From Candidatus Iainarchaeum sp. (GTDB lineage: Archaea; B1Sed10-29; WALL01): a DNA stretch of 48,306 nucleotides. Of this stretch, positions 36,743 through 46,298 are shown one piece after another. Under the pieces are notes generated by a model that worked only from the letters and a program-made list of their open reading frames with translations, was not told the DNA's origin and made no database searches. A program made the position numbers and the translations under genes. The stretch covers positions 1 through 48,306 of the forward strand of contig JAFGGZ010000054.1 in NCBI GenBank assembly GCA_016939415.1, given 5' to 3'. Each line of letters begins with the position of its first letter. Positions within the stretch are counted from its first letter, which is position 1.

Positions 36743-37314
36743 CAGCCAGCCACCCCCAGGTAAGCGAGGACGGACAAGTACACTGCCACGACGACGATGA
36801 CGTCGCCAGTCGTGGTGAGGGTGGGGATGACGACGCTGGACGGGTCGAGCCTGTGCTTTCGCGCGTAGAACGACAGCCACACAGTGAAGAGGGATTGGAT
36901 TGCGGCGACTGTTGTGAGCGACAGCAGGGAGATGAACGCGAAGCCCCATAATGGCACGTGCGGGATGCCCGCTGCCTCTCTTACGACGTACCCAGAGAGC
37001 GCTGCGACGACCGCGACTATGATCGCTACTGCGACAGTGCCTGCGACGTTTTCGCTGACTTCTTTGTTCTGCCGTGACTTGATGACGCCGAGGTGCATGG
37101 CAGTGGATATCCGCGCTGCGAGAGCGCTGTCCAAGGCATTGCGGACATTCATGAGCGCTGGCACGAGCACGAACACGCCGGGGACGAGGGGGAGTATTTC
37201 AAGGTAGTGGCTGAGGAAGTAGCCGCCGAACAGCTCGCCGATGCCGGATAGTATCATGAAGGGAAGTGATTGCGAGATGATTTTCCTGAAACTCCAGTAC
37301 GGCTCCATTTCCAT
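36742..37314 (-). CDS. MgtE membrane-domain protein, second copy
   Basis: AARISTAMHLG and LDPS.V.IP.LTT.GD motifs; TGATG coupling. Confidence 0.88.
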   Translation of the reverse strand: MEMEPYWSFRKIISQSLPFMILSGIGELFGGYFLSHYLEILPLVPGVFVLVPALMNVRNALDSALAARISTAMHLGVIKSRQNKEVSENVAGTVAVAIIVAVVAALSGYVVREAAGIPHVPLWGFAFISLLSLTTVAAIQSLFTVWLSFYARKHRLDPSSVVIPTLTTTGDVIVVVAVYLSVLAYLGVAG

Positions 37315-37575
37315 GAAAACAAAACGAGCAGGGTTTAAAAGCCTTGTACTCGCGTGGTGGAACGCTGCTCTCTCTCGTTGAGCTGGCAAGTAACGAAGCG
37401 CTTGATTGGGGTCTGGAGGACGTTGCTTTGCACATCCGTATGTTATTATATGCGCGTTCGCATAAGTTTCGCTCATGAATCATACGGAAAGAAATGCGGC
37501 GACCCGGAGGGCCGTGGCGAGAACGCTCATCAAAGCCCACAAACAGGCAAAAGCGCCGTGACCCGGCTTTGCGCG

Positions 37576-38766
37576 TCAGTAAATGTGCTCCTGGCCGTCA
37601 GTCGTTGGCGCTGTCCACAACACGTGGTCGTCGGCAGGCAGTTGCTGCAGGTTGCTCATCTCGTAGTCGTCGCGGTGCAGGTTGTATGAATCGTAGAAGC
37701 CGTTGTAGATTTCGAACACTTCTCCTGTGTCCGGGTTGTACACCCGTTCCCTGTCCAGCATTGCGTCACTCCTCTTCTCGGAGATTATGTCGTCTGATTT
37801 CTGGCGGGCGTTCCAGGAATCGATTATCACGTCGCTTGTCTCGCTCAGGGTCCGGCCGAGCTCCAGGGATGCTTGGAGTTGGGCTTGCTGGTTCCTGAGG
37901 CACTGCGAGATGTAAGCGTCTGAGAACGCCATGGTTTGCAGTGATTGCGTCAGCACGGGCTCGTACTGGTCGAAAGAGTCTTTTTCGGCGGTGACTCCTG
38001 TGAAGCTGAACGCGTACGAGATGCCGCCTCCCGGCATGCCGTAGCTGGGCAGCACTTCCGCGACTGCGACGTAGAAAACGCCTTCGCCGACTTCGTTTCC
38101 GGCGCTGAAGAGGGCTCGCATGGTTTCAGCGTTCGCGCCGGTGATTATCGAGCTCTCCAGCTGTGAAGAAACCACTTCGGCGTCGTTGAGTTGCGGCCAC
38201 GAGCTCGTGAATGCTTTGGACAACGCCATTTGCGTGAGTTGCGGGTATATGCCCAGGAATTTTTGCGGCGTGGTCGGGTTCAGTACGGGCGCGTCCTGCC
38301 AGAGTAGTTGGTAGCCGCCCATGGCCATGTAGTCCTGATCCACTTGAATCTGCTGTTGGTTCGAGTACATGGGACCGAGCTCGTTGAAGTAAAAGATTGC
38401 GTTAGCGGGGTTGGCCGGGTCTTTGACTATCACGGCGAGCGTTTCGCAGTCCCCTGCTTTCGTGACCTGCCAGCCGACTGGCTTCTGCATTGCGAACACT
38501 TCACTCGCGTGATTCTCGAGCTGCAACGCTTGTATGGGAGTAGGCGTAGGAGTGGGGGTGGGCGTTGGAGTCGGCGTCGGAGTGGGAGTAGGCGCGGGCG
38601 TTGGAGTGGGTGTGGGTGCGGATGTGTTTATTATTTGTATTGCTTGCGGCGAGCAGTCTTGCGGGCAGTTTTGTTCGTCTTCCGGGTATTCGCAGATGCC
38701 GTCGCCGCATTCTGTGATGCATCCTGCGAGGATGGCGAGTGCGATGAGGAGTGCAAAGCGTTTCAT
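37576..38766 (-). CDS. Lipoprotein with a CGDG-C...CPxDC repeat, (Thr-Pro)n linker and unknown C-terminal domain
   Basis: ILAGC lipobox; CGDGICEYPEDEQNCPQDC; PT repeat. Confidence 0.8.
   Translation of the reverse strand: MKRFALLIALAILAGCITECGDGICEYPEDEQNCPQDCSPQAIQIINTSAPTPTPTPAPTPTPTPTPTPTPTPTPTPIQALQLENHASEVFAMQKPVGWQVTKAGDCETLAVIVKDPANPANAIFYFNELGPMYSNQQQIQVDQDYMAMGGYQLLWQDAPVLNPTTPQKFLGIYPQLTQMALSKAFTSSWPQLNDAEVVSSQLESSIITGANAETMRALFSAGNEVGEGVFYVAVAEVLPSYGMPGGGISYAFSFTGVTAEKDSFDQYEPVLTQSLQTMAFSDAYISQCLRNQQAQLQASLELGRTLSETSDVIIDSWNARQKSDDIISEKRSDAMLDRERVYNPDTGEVFEIYNGFYDSYNLHRDDYEMSNLQQLPADDHVLWTAPTTDGQEHIY
38536..38617 (-). repeat. Degenerate hexamer repeat encoding the (PT)n linker
   Basis: About 14 GGNGTN units on the + strand with synonymous variation. 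Confidence 0.85.
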
Positions 38767-38867
38767 GCGGAAAATAATCCCGTCGGGGTTAAAAAATGTT
38801 CGCTCCATCTTGTGTGGCGTGCATGCCCTGACAAGCATTGAATATGCTTTCCGATACAATGAAGCGC

Positions 38868-39083
38868 ATGGAGATCGCGGACAAGAGTCTTTTCGCGAAG
38901 TATGTCGTGCCTGCGGAGTACTTGGGGGAAGGAATCGCGCTGACGCCGTACGGCAGAAGAAAGGTTAATATAGATTTCTTGCCTAATGTGGGGGTTGGAC
39001 AGCACGTGATCGTGCACTACAATTACGTTGTTGAGGGGATTGATGGGAAACAGTTCGAGGAGTTGCGGGTGAAGAAGGCATGA
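38868..39083 (+). CDS. Short DUF6390-like paralogue lacking the central helical region
   Basis: MEIADKSLFAKYVVP matches MEIRDRKLFLSYAIP; GQHVIVHYNYVVE matches GDKLRIHYTKAVE in 7894-8361. Confidence 0.6.
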   Translation: MEIADKSLFAKYVVPAEYLGEGIALTPYGRRKVNIDFLPNVGVGQHVIVHYNYVVEGIDGKQFEELRVKKA

Positions 39084-39970
39084 ATGCGTACTTGTTCGTC
39101 GTCGCTACTGCAGTGATTTCTGGAGTGTCCATCTTTCTCAACAAGTTCGGCGTGAGCGGCATGGACCCGTTCGTGTTCACGTCGCTGAAGAACGCTTTGG
39201 TTGCTACTGTGTTGTTGTCTGGCCTGGCGCTGGTCGCGAGGCTTGATGTGTTGCGCAATCTGTCTGAAGATGCGTGGAAGAAGCTCATCCTCCTCGGATT
39301 GGTTGGGGGGAGCGTTCCTTTCTTGTTGTTTTTCTGGGGTTTGAGCGGGGCGAGTGCTGCGTCGGCGGCGTTCATTCACAAGACGATGTTCGTGTGGGTG
39401 GGTTTGCTGGCGTTTTTTTTCTTGGGCGAGCGGTTGACGCGCGTGCAGGTGCTGGCGTCCGGACTGCTGTTCGCTGGGGTCGCGCTTTTTTCGGCGCCTT
39501 CATTGTCGTTGGGGTTGCCTGAGCTCGCGATTCTCGCTGCGACATTGTTGTGGTCGGCGGAGGTCGTCATCGCGAAGAAGGCGTTGAAGGAAGTGCCTGC
39601 CAGCGTCGTGGCGTGGGGGAGGATGTTTTTCGGTTCGTTGGTGCTTACTGGCTTCTTGTTATTGACTGGCGGGATTGGTTCTATCGCGTCCCTTGGTTTG
39701 AGTGAGTGGTGCTGGATTGCGGTGACGAGCGTGTTGTTGTGCGGGTATGTCTTCACGTGGTACTCCGGGTTGGCGGGCATTCCTGCGACTCATGCTGCGG
39801 CTGTACTTGTTGTGGGGTCTGTTATCACGACAGCGTTGTCTGCGGTGCTCCTGGGGACGGCTGTTCCCGCGACCGAGCTGGCGGGTTACGTGATGGTGTT
39901 AATGAGCGTGGTTCTGATCACCGTGCATGTGTGGGCGGGGTCTGCGAACAGGGTGGTTGCATGTGCTTGA
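39080..39970 (+). CDS. EamA/DMT family transporter
   Basis: 10 TM helices in two repeats; LGERL motif. Confidence 0.9.
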   Translation: MNAYLFVVATAVISGVSIFLNKFGVSGMDPFVFTSLKNALVATVLLSGLALVARLDVLRNLSEDAWKKLILLGLVGGSVPFLLFFWGLSGASAASAAFIHKTMFVWVGLLAFFFLGERLTRVQVLASGLLFAGVALFSAPSLSLGLPELAILAATLLWSAEVVIAKKALKEVPASVVAWGRMFFGSLVLTGFLLLTGGIGSIASLGLSEWCWIAVTSVLLCGYVFTWYSGLAGIPATHAAAVLVVGSVITTALSAVLLGTAVPATELAGYVMVLMSVVLITVHVWAGSANRVVACA

Positions 39971-40155
39971 CTGTTCCTGCGAGGGTGTTGTCTGTTGACG
40001 GGGAGAGTGTTCGTGTTGAGGTGAGGGGCGTTGAGAGGCAGGCGAAGTGCTTCGTGAGCGTGAGTGAAGGGGATTTTGTGGAAGTTGGGATGGGCGTTGT
40101 TTTGGGCAGGATTTCGAGGGAGAGGTTCGACGAACTCGCTAGTTTTTCTGTTTGA
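39961..40155 (+). CDS. HypC/HupF-like chaperone, second copy (lacks the conserved His)
   Basis: MCLTVPARV N-terminus and GDFVEVGMG; GGTGG RBS. Confidence 0.8.
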   Translation: MCLTVPARVLSVDGESVRVEVRGVERQAKCFVSVSEGDFVEVGMGVVLGRISRERFDELASFSV

Positions 40156-40194
40156 AGAGTTGTGCTGCTGGGCAACGAATCTTTGGAGGGCGCT

Positions 40195-40437
40195 TCATTC
40201 TTCGCCGTAAAACAACTGCCGGGCGTTTTCCTCGAACTTTGCCCATGAGGGTAGGAAATTGGATATTTTTGATTCCATCGCCTTCTGGGTGAGGAGGGAT
40301 TGAATTGCAGCGCTTTCGAGGTCCAGCCTGCTTTGCGTCTCTACGTATACTGGTTCATCGCTTTCCGCTGCCGCGCCCTCTGAAGGAGCCGGGCTTTTCG
40401 CGGCACGCACAAGCACGCTGAAGGTCTCCAAGTTCAC
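40195..40437 (-). CDS. Hypothetical protein
   Basis: GTG start overlapping the upstream stop. Confidence 0.55.
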   Translation of the reverse strand: MNLETFSVLVRAAKSPAPSEGAAAESDEPVYVETQSRLDLESAAIQSLLTQKAMESKISNFLPSWAKFEENARQLFYGEE

Positions 40438-40835
40438 GGGGTGGGGTCTGTGTCCGGTTTCTGTATTCGTCCTTCGATGTACTTACTGCGCATAAGTTCC
40501 TCGATTTCTTCGAGGGCCGCGTGCTTTTCGATGCCGCGGTTTTCGAGCGATTCGAGTATGCTGCCGAGAGAGGCTTCGCCCGCCGACCTTGTCGCGTTGA
40601 GGACTGCGTACTGGGTCGGCGTCAAGTACTTCCTGGCGTTGAATTTCTTGTCCGAGAGGAGCTGTTCCACCGCCCGATTGATCGCTTCCTTCATCCCCTC
40701 GTTCGGCGGCTGGAACCGCGGGAGTCCCCTGCCGCTCGCAAGGCTTTTCTTCATTAAGTCCAGGCGTTTGTCAGTCCAGAAATCTACGTACTTCTTCGTC
40801 CAGTACGTTTTTGGGCTGGGCGGCTTCTTTTCCAT
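40434..40835 (-). CDS. Hypothetical protein with a possible C-terminal winged helix
   Basis: LTPTQYAVL...IEELMRSKYIE pattern. Confidence 0.6.
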   Translation of the reverse strand: MEKKPPSPKTYWTKKYVDFWTDKRLDLMKKSLASGRGLPRFQPPNEGMKEAINRAVEQLLSDKKFNARKYLTPTQYAVLNATRSAGEASLGSILESLENRGIEKHAALEEIEELMRSKYIEGRIQKPDTDPTP

Positions 40836-40880
40836 GAGAATGACTATGCATTAACTCATTAAAAAGGCTGCGGGGGGGGA

Positions 40881-41147
40881 TCAGAACCGCATCAAGGCGA
40901 ATCCGATCACGATGATGGCGAGCTGCCATAACTCCACGCCGGCGAGGTATCCCATGGAGGAGAGCGCCCACAGCACGCCGATGATGAATATGAGCCTTCC
41001 CGGAAACCCTGACGGGCCATCGTGGTGCATGTGCCAGGGCGGGCAGCCTTTCTCCCAGTCCTTGCTCTTGAATTCCTTCTCTATCTTGCGGCCGATCAGC
41101 TCGCCGATCTCGTCCCAACTATGTTCTTTTTTCTTTTGAGTGGCCAT
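40881..41147 (-). CDS. Small membrane protein (two C-terminal TM helices)
   Basis: AGGTG RBS; G.LIFIIGVLW.L..MG...W...IIVIG. Confidence 0.7.
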   Translation of the reverse strand: MATQKKKEHSWDEIGELIGRKIEKEFKSKDWEKGCPPWHMHHDGPSGFPGRLIFIIGVLWALSSMGYLAGVELWQLAIIVIGFALMRF

Positions 41148-41229
41148 GAAAAAACACCTAATCAAAGTAGGTGAAAGAAATATAAAAAAGCCCCGGGAGG
41201 ACAGCTCGACCACGTCAAGTGTCCCCTAA

Positions 41230-41880
41230 TCACGTTTCACCCCACTCCTTGATAAATCCCTTGAGTTTGTCCACTTCAATGACAAAAATCCCATATTCTG
41301 TTTTAATCTCGACGGCGTAGGCTTTGAAGTGGCGGTCGTTTGATAGTATGAAGGATTTACTAAATGTATCTTTTTTTGAAATTGTTTTGGTGAGTAACTC
41401 TTTATCTTCCCCTTCAGGTAGATTCTCTTTGTTTTCTCCGAGTTCTTTCTCATTTGATTTAAAGAAGGCGTCTACTTTGGAGCATAATTGCTCATCAAGC
41501 GCTTGATTTTCGACTATTATCCGTTTAAACAGCTCAGCTAGTCTCTCCCGTATCTTTTCTTTACAATCTAATATCCAATCCTCTGGGAGGTAGTTCATTA
41601 TTGGATACTTGGCGGCCCCCATAGCGTTTAAGAACTCTGACGAGACATGTTTTTCCGTCCAATACTTCTGTTCCTCGAAAATTACTAGGCTAAGGCCCTG
41701 TTTCTCCCCTAAGTCCATGAATTTATCTAAGTCTTCTTTATACCTTGATTTTAATGGCTTTAGCCCCAATACTTTCCCTAGACCTTTTGGCGGTTGGAAA
41801 TCAATACAAGAATAGATACAAGCATTAGCATCAAATACTACGAGAGAATCGTTAGGGACGGGTGTTGCGCTTTCAGTGAT
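41230..41880 (-). CDS. PIN-domain protein (putative toxin) with a non-canonical or mutated ATC start
   Basis: The frame stays open upstream of the listed ORF and contains VVFDANA; C-terminal D...ILSNDRHF; AAGGAGG RBS 7 nt before the ATC at 41880. Confidence 0.7.
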   Translation of the reverse strand: MTESATPVPNDSLVVFDANACIYSCIDFQPPKGLGKVLGLKPLKSRYKEDLDKFMDLGEKQGLSLVIFEEQKYWTEKHVSSEFLNAMGAAKYPIMNYLPEDWILDCKEKIRERLAELFKRIIVENQALDEQLCSKVDAFFKSNEKELGENKENLPEGEDKELLTKTISKKDTFSKSFILSNDRHFKAYAVEIKTEYGIFVIEVDKLKGFIKEWGET

Positions 41881-42743
41881 TTTAACTCCTCCTTAGTCAA
41901 ATTCTCCAGAAAATTCATTTCTCCGAGAGGTTCAATTATGTCATACAGGTAAGCGATTCGTTTTATGTCCTCATAACTCATCCTCAAGTCATTCAAATTT
42001 ATCTGATCTAATGACTTTTTCTTCATTTTAGAAGCAATACCCCCAAGCTCTTCCAAAAACTCACTGATTAGTTCACTCTCGTAATACTTACCCATGCTTA
42101 CCCCCTCAATAAACATGGTCCAACTCGTTTTTTCGGTTTCCTCCCGCTTAGCGATTGCGTTTATGACTCTTTGGATTAGTTTAATCATTCCAAGGATGTC
42201 CATTATCTGCTCGTTTCGAATGTCTTTTTTCTTGGACCAAAACGAATAAGATTTAGCTAACTCCTTGTTTAGCCCGCCTACTCTTTCTTTAAAACTCTTG
42301 TCGTCATCAAGTAACAGCGTTTTGTGTTCTTTTTTACTAATTCCACTGGAACTGATTCTCTCAAGTCCTGGAATTTTTCTATCTATCCGTTCCATCCTCT
42401 CCAAAAATCGTTTGTTAGTTTGTAAGATTGGGAGGATATTTTTTTCAACGAGCTCTACGCCTTTTTTTGATAAGTAGTAATCTTCTCGCGTATACTCTTT
42501 CCCTGGAAACGAAACTTCCTTTAGTGTAATCAAACCCTCTTCTTGGCAAGCTTCAAGTTGTGGTTTTACCATCACTGAGAAGGAGCCCCTATCCTTCTTT
42601 GTGAATATCCACTCAAGAGGTAAACCCCTTACTTCTGAGTAGGCTAAGATTTTCTGGAGAACAGTAGCTCCGCGAATTGAGTGATTTGGCGCCCTATGTA
42701 GCACATACAAAATAGGCCAATATTGCGGTAATCCCTCCATCAA
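41838..42743 (-). CDS. YwgA/Panacea(SocA)-like winged-helix protein (putative antitoxin) with a C-terminal helical extension
   Basis: I.G.T.LQKI, G.FS..V...L......GLI and Y.LS.KG pattern; low GC; GGAGGT RBS. Confidence 0.6.
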   Translation of the reverse strand: MMEGLPQYWPILYVLHRAPNHSIRGATVLQKILAYSEVRGLPLEWIFTKKDRGSFSVMVKPQLEACQEEGLITLKEVSFPGKEYTREDYYLSKKGVELVEKNILPILQTNKRFLERMERIDRKIPGLERISSSGISKKEHKTLLLDDDKSFKERVGGLNKELAKSYSFWSKKKDIRNEQIMDILGMIKLIQRVINAIAKREETEKTSWTMFIEGVSMGKYYESELISEFLEELGGIASKMKKKSLDQINLNDLRMSYEDIKRIAYLYDIIEPLGEMNFLENLTKEELKSLKAQHPSLTILS

Positions 42744-42858
42744 GCTACCTCCATTACAGGATATGAATGGTCTCTTTTTAATTGTTTCACTAATTCCTAT
42801 AGGTTTATTGCACCCCTAGAATAAATACACAGCTGCTTACAATATGCCGAGAACGAGC

Positions 42859-45657
42859 TCATCTCCCGCTTTTCTCGACTATCTCGCGCTCTTCCTTCGT
42901 GAGGCCGTACAAGCCATAGACCAACCCGTCAATCTTGGCATCGGTTTCCGCGATTTCTTTCTCCAACCGCTTCCGCTCATCCGTCTGCTTGTCACCCATC
43001 CCAACCAAGCGCTTGTTCAAAGAGAGCATTTTCTTGGCCAGCTTCTCCAGCTCAGGCGACTCCTTCTTCGCTATCGGCACGTTCCCGAAGTACTTCCATA
43101 TCAATTGGTACCCGCCGCGGATTTGCGTGCAGGTGTTTGAGATGAGGAACCAACCCAGCTTCGAGTTTAGGATAGCCAAGAGCTTCAAGTCTTCAGTCGG
43201 AATGAAGAAATTCGCGTTATTGGCGAAATAACCGTCAGTATCAAGAGTGAAGCGTGGTCCAGTAGTTATGGCGCCGTAAATCAGCTTGGGTTTTTTGAAT
43301 TTGTCGTAATAGTCACAAGCCCTTAGCTCATACCAATGCTCGCCTTTATCCCATCTTTTTTCAAGCTCCGGTTTGAACTGCTTGAGCCAGTTATACACTG
43401 CGGGATAGCGTTGGATGTCAACACCGATTTTCGTTAAAATTATGTACTTCTCATCAAAATGAATCACGTACGGACGGACTTCCTTACCCATCAAAAATGG
43501 ATAGATTATTTCTTTTGATGCCGAATCCTCTTTAGTCAGTTGATTCTTTGTTTCTTTACTGATTACAAACGCTTTCGTAAGACCTGTCTTTATACCAAAA
43601 TACGCTTTGTCTGAGATATATCTACTTAACGGCAAACTATCTTTTCTTGTTTTTTCTAATACCTTTGTTACTCCCTCCGGCTGGAAGTTCCATCCGCTTT
43701 TGTCTAGGTTCTTTTGGTTCATGGTGAACGAGTTCTTTTTCACGTATTCCTCTAACGAGTCGAAGTTGAGGTCCCGCACTAGGCACACTTTTGTCTTGGG
43801 GTTCTGCTTTTTCTTGTTGCGGATTACGATTATGCAGGGGTAGGTCGTGGCGTCCTCAAAGACTTTGAGGTCCCCGAAGTCGATGAACTCTTCCACCCAG
43901 TAGTTGCCAAGGAACTCGCGCAGGCGCTCGCCGTAGCCTGCCTTGAGCCACTTGTTGGAAACAATCATGCCGAAGTAACCCCCTTCTTTGAGGAGCTTCA
44001 GCTCGCGCTCGAAGAAGTAGACGAACAAGTCGGCCATGCTATGGTACACTTCGTACCCCTTCTCAAGGAAAGGCTTTATGGGTAGGAGCTCTTCCTGCCT
44101 CACGTAAGGCGGGTTCCCGATGACCACGTCGAAGCCGCCGTCTTTCATCACGTTTTTGAACTCTTTGTTCCAGTCGAAGGCCTTGTCGCCCGCTACTTTG
44201 GGGTCGTCTATGAGGGAGTTGCCGCACTTGATGCTGCTCTCCAGCGACGGCAGCAGGTGCCTCTTCTCAGCCATTTTCAGCAAGAGGTTCAGTTGCGCGA
44301 TTTCAACGGCCTTCTCGTCCAGGTCGACGCCGTGGATGTTGTTCTTCAGAATCTCGATTTTCTTCGTGATGCGCGCGCCGTCGCCCCCGAGCTTGGCCTG
44401 GGCGTAATCCTTGTCGTTCTTCGCGTAGTACTCGTCCAGCACGTCAAACGCCTTTATCAAGAAAGAGCCTGAGCCGCATGCGGGGTCCAGCACGCGAATT
44501 TTGTCCACGTCCGCAGGCTTCTTCTTCTTGATTAGCTCGCCCAGCGTGTTCTTGACGATGTAGTCCACGATGTACGTGGGCGTGTAGTAGATGCCCTGCT
44601 CCTTGCGGTGCGACTTGCCTTCCGAGAGTTTCGCGCGCTTGGCAGTGGTCTGCAGGACAGTGCCCAGGTACTGTTCGTAAATGTTGCCGAGCACGTCAGA
44701 ATCGATAAGGGCGAAGTCGTAGCGCACGTTCCCGTCCGTGGAGTAGTAAAGGGCGTCGATGACACCGTCAAGGATCCTGTCGCTGACCTTGACCTTGTCA
44801 GCCTCGTGCTCCTCGTCGGCCGTTCTCCCGAAGAGCTTGCTGTCGTAGTGCTCGCGGTAATAATCAAAGATTTCGTTGAGCTCGCGGGACAGGCTCCTGC
44901 CCTTCTCGCGGTGCGCGTTCAGCGCCTCTTTCAGCTTGTTGCCCTCTATCTGCCTGTCCTCGCACGCGCGGATGAAAATCAATCGGTCGATCACGCGCTG
45001 GACTATCTCGTCAATCTCTTCCTGCAAGTACTTGTCCGGGTGCGCCTTCTTGATGTCCTTGGACAACGCCTCGCGCCACACAAGAAGCTCCTTGAGCAGT
45101 AGCTCGGCAACGCTTTTCCTCGGCGTCCTTTTCCCGACGGTGCTCGCGTAGTCGCCCAAAGCGTTCTTGTCGAAGCTTTCCTTGCTGAGGAGCCAGAGCT
45201 TGTCGAACTCGTTGAGGAACTGGGTGTACCTTAGCTCGAAGACTTGGTTGCGCCAGATGTTCGCTTCGTTCCACTCGCAGTTGAACACCTTCAAGCCCTC
45301 GAAGTCCGTGAGCACCGCCCACGTGACTCCTTTGTTGAACCCGTAGGAAATGGCTTGCTTGGCGAACTCTGTGTCGTCGAGGTTTACTTTCGCGCCCTTT
45401 GCCTCCACGAAGAACCGTATCACGCCGCCGAGCCGGAACGCGTAGTCCGCTCTTCCGCGGAGGACGCGCTGTTCCTTGATTACTTCGTCGTCCGTGCGCT
45501 CGTTGCGCATGTCCCAGCCTAATGCCTCGAACAAGGGCTCTATGAACTCGTTTTTGGTGCGCTCCTCTGAGTAGGTCTTGAGCTTGCCCTCGTCCATGAC
45601 CCTCTGGAACTTGTCCACGAGGCCCTGGACCCTCTGCTGCGCCGCTTCACTAGACAA
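42859..45657 (-). CDS. Type IIG/IIL fused restriction-modification enzyme (HsdR_N-like nuclease, N6-adenine MTase, TaqI-like TRD)
   Basis: ADY...VEAK nuclease motif, GIYYTP, LDPACGSG, GNPPY and C-terminal ID.LVY.LYGLT.EE. Confidence 0.93.
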   Translation of the reverse strand: MSSEAAQQRVQGLVDKFQRVMDEGKLKTYSEERTKNEFIEPLFEALGWDMRNERTDDEVIKEQRVLRGRADYAFRLGGVIRFFVEAKGAKVNLDDTEFAKQAISYGFNKGVTWAVLTDFEGLKVFNCEWNEANIWRNQVFELRYTQFLNEFDKLWLLSKESFDKNALGDYASTVGKRTPRKSVAELLLKELLVWREALSKDIKKAHPDKYLQEEIDEIVQRVIDRLIFIRACEDRQIEGNKLKEALNAHREKGRSLSRELNEIFDYYREHYDSKLFGRTADEEHEADKVKVSDRILDGVIDALYYSTDGNVRYDFALIDSDVLGNIYEQYLGTVLQTTAKRAKLSEGKSHRKEQGIYYTPTYIVDYIVKNTLGELIKKKKPADVDKIRVLDPACGSGSFLIKAFDVLDEYYAKNDKDYAQAKLGGDGARITKKIEILKNNIHGVDLDEKAVEIAQLNLLLKMAEKRHLLPSLESSIKCGNSLIDDPKVAGDKAFDWNKEFKNVMKDGGFDVVIGNPPYVRQEELLPIKPFLEKGYEVYHSMADLFVYFFERELKLLKEGGYFGMIVSNKWLKAGYGERLREFLGNYWVEEFIDFGDLKVFEDATTYPCIIVIRNKKKQNPKTKVCLVRDLNFDSLEEYVKKNSFTMNQKNLDKSGWNFQPEGVTKVLEKTRKDSLPLSRYISDKAYFGIKTGLTKAFVISKETKNQLTKEDSASKEIIYPFLMGKEVRPYVIHFDEKYIILTKIGVDIQRYPAVYNWLKQFKPELEKRWDKGEHWYELRACDYYDKFKKPKLIYGAITTGPRFTLDTDGYFANNANFFIPTEDLKLLAILNSKLGWFLISNTCTQIRGGYQLIWKYFGNVPIAKKESPELEKLAKKMLSLNKRLVGMGDKQTDERKRLEKEIAETDAKIDGLVYGLYGLTKEEREIVEKSGR

Positions 45658-45768
45658 CCAAGTTCACCTGAAGCGTATTAACCGCCCTGTTTATTTAAGG
45701 CTTTTCACGAGCCCTCGGCAACCCACAGCCCTTTCCGGTTAAATATGGTGGGTCGCATAATACGCGCC

Positions 45769-45873
45769 ATGGAAGAGCTTGTGAAAGGCGGTCTCGTGCT
45801 CGGGGCGGGCTGGGTTATCGTGAAAGCGGTATGCATAGCCTTCAACCTAAGCCTCGGGGTCCTGTGGCTGTGA
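45769..45873 (+). CDS. 34-aa hydrophobic peptide
   Basis: MEELVKGGLVLGAGWVIVKAVCIAFNLSLGVLWL; ends 5 nt before the next ATG. Confidence 0.45.
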   Translation: MEELVKGGLVLGAGWVIVKAVCIAFNLSLGVLWL

Positions 45874-45878
45874 TAGTG

Positions 45879-46103
45879 ATGGGCACGTTCATCGCGATAG
45901 AAGTAGGCGACTCCGCGTACACGGAGCTCAAAACCAAAGCCGGAGGCTTCGAACAAACCGATGACGGCGTTTACTTGGGGGAATACAACGCGATTAACGA
46001 GCAGGAGGCAAGAAAAGCCGTCCACAACCAATACCCCGACAAGCAATTCGACTGCCTCGTCCTGAAAAAAATGCGCCCCCCGAACAACAGCACGCGGCAG
46101 TAA
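45879..46103 (+). CDS. Small hypothetical protein
   Basis: MGTFIAIEVGD..., 74 aa. Confidence 0.55.
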   Translation: MGTFIAIEVGDSAYTELKTKAGGFEQTDDGVYLGEYNAINEQEARKAVHNQYPDKQFDCLVLKKMRPPNNSTRQ

Positions 46104-46298
46104 CAGCCCCAACACAAGAAACCGAATTTTTTCGTAATACAGAACCCCCATCAGGGACCGCAATGGCTCCTGAGCCTTGCTCCGCATATACTTTTGCTCA
46201 ATTGCAATTCCTAATTGCACGGGTAGTACGCCCTAGCAACACCTTAGAATTCGAGCGCGAAATCACTCAATAAATACAACAACCCCAAGCGAAAAGGG

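Noticed and set aside
37330..37575. About 240-bp gap with a short ORF (MNHTERNAATRRAV...) and small inverted repeats
   Set aside because: No RBS, motif or RNA family I can support
38536..38617. Periodic repeat as a possible CRISPR or VNTR
   Set aside because: It is a degenerate hexamer encoding a PT linker; no spacers or cas genes anywhere in the window
41150..41230. Possible att site or tRNA fragment at the island's left edge
   Set aside because: No tRNA 3' half and no direct repeat matching the tRNA-Leu or integrase flanks were found by eye
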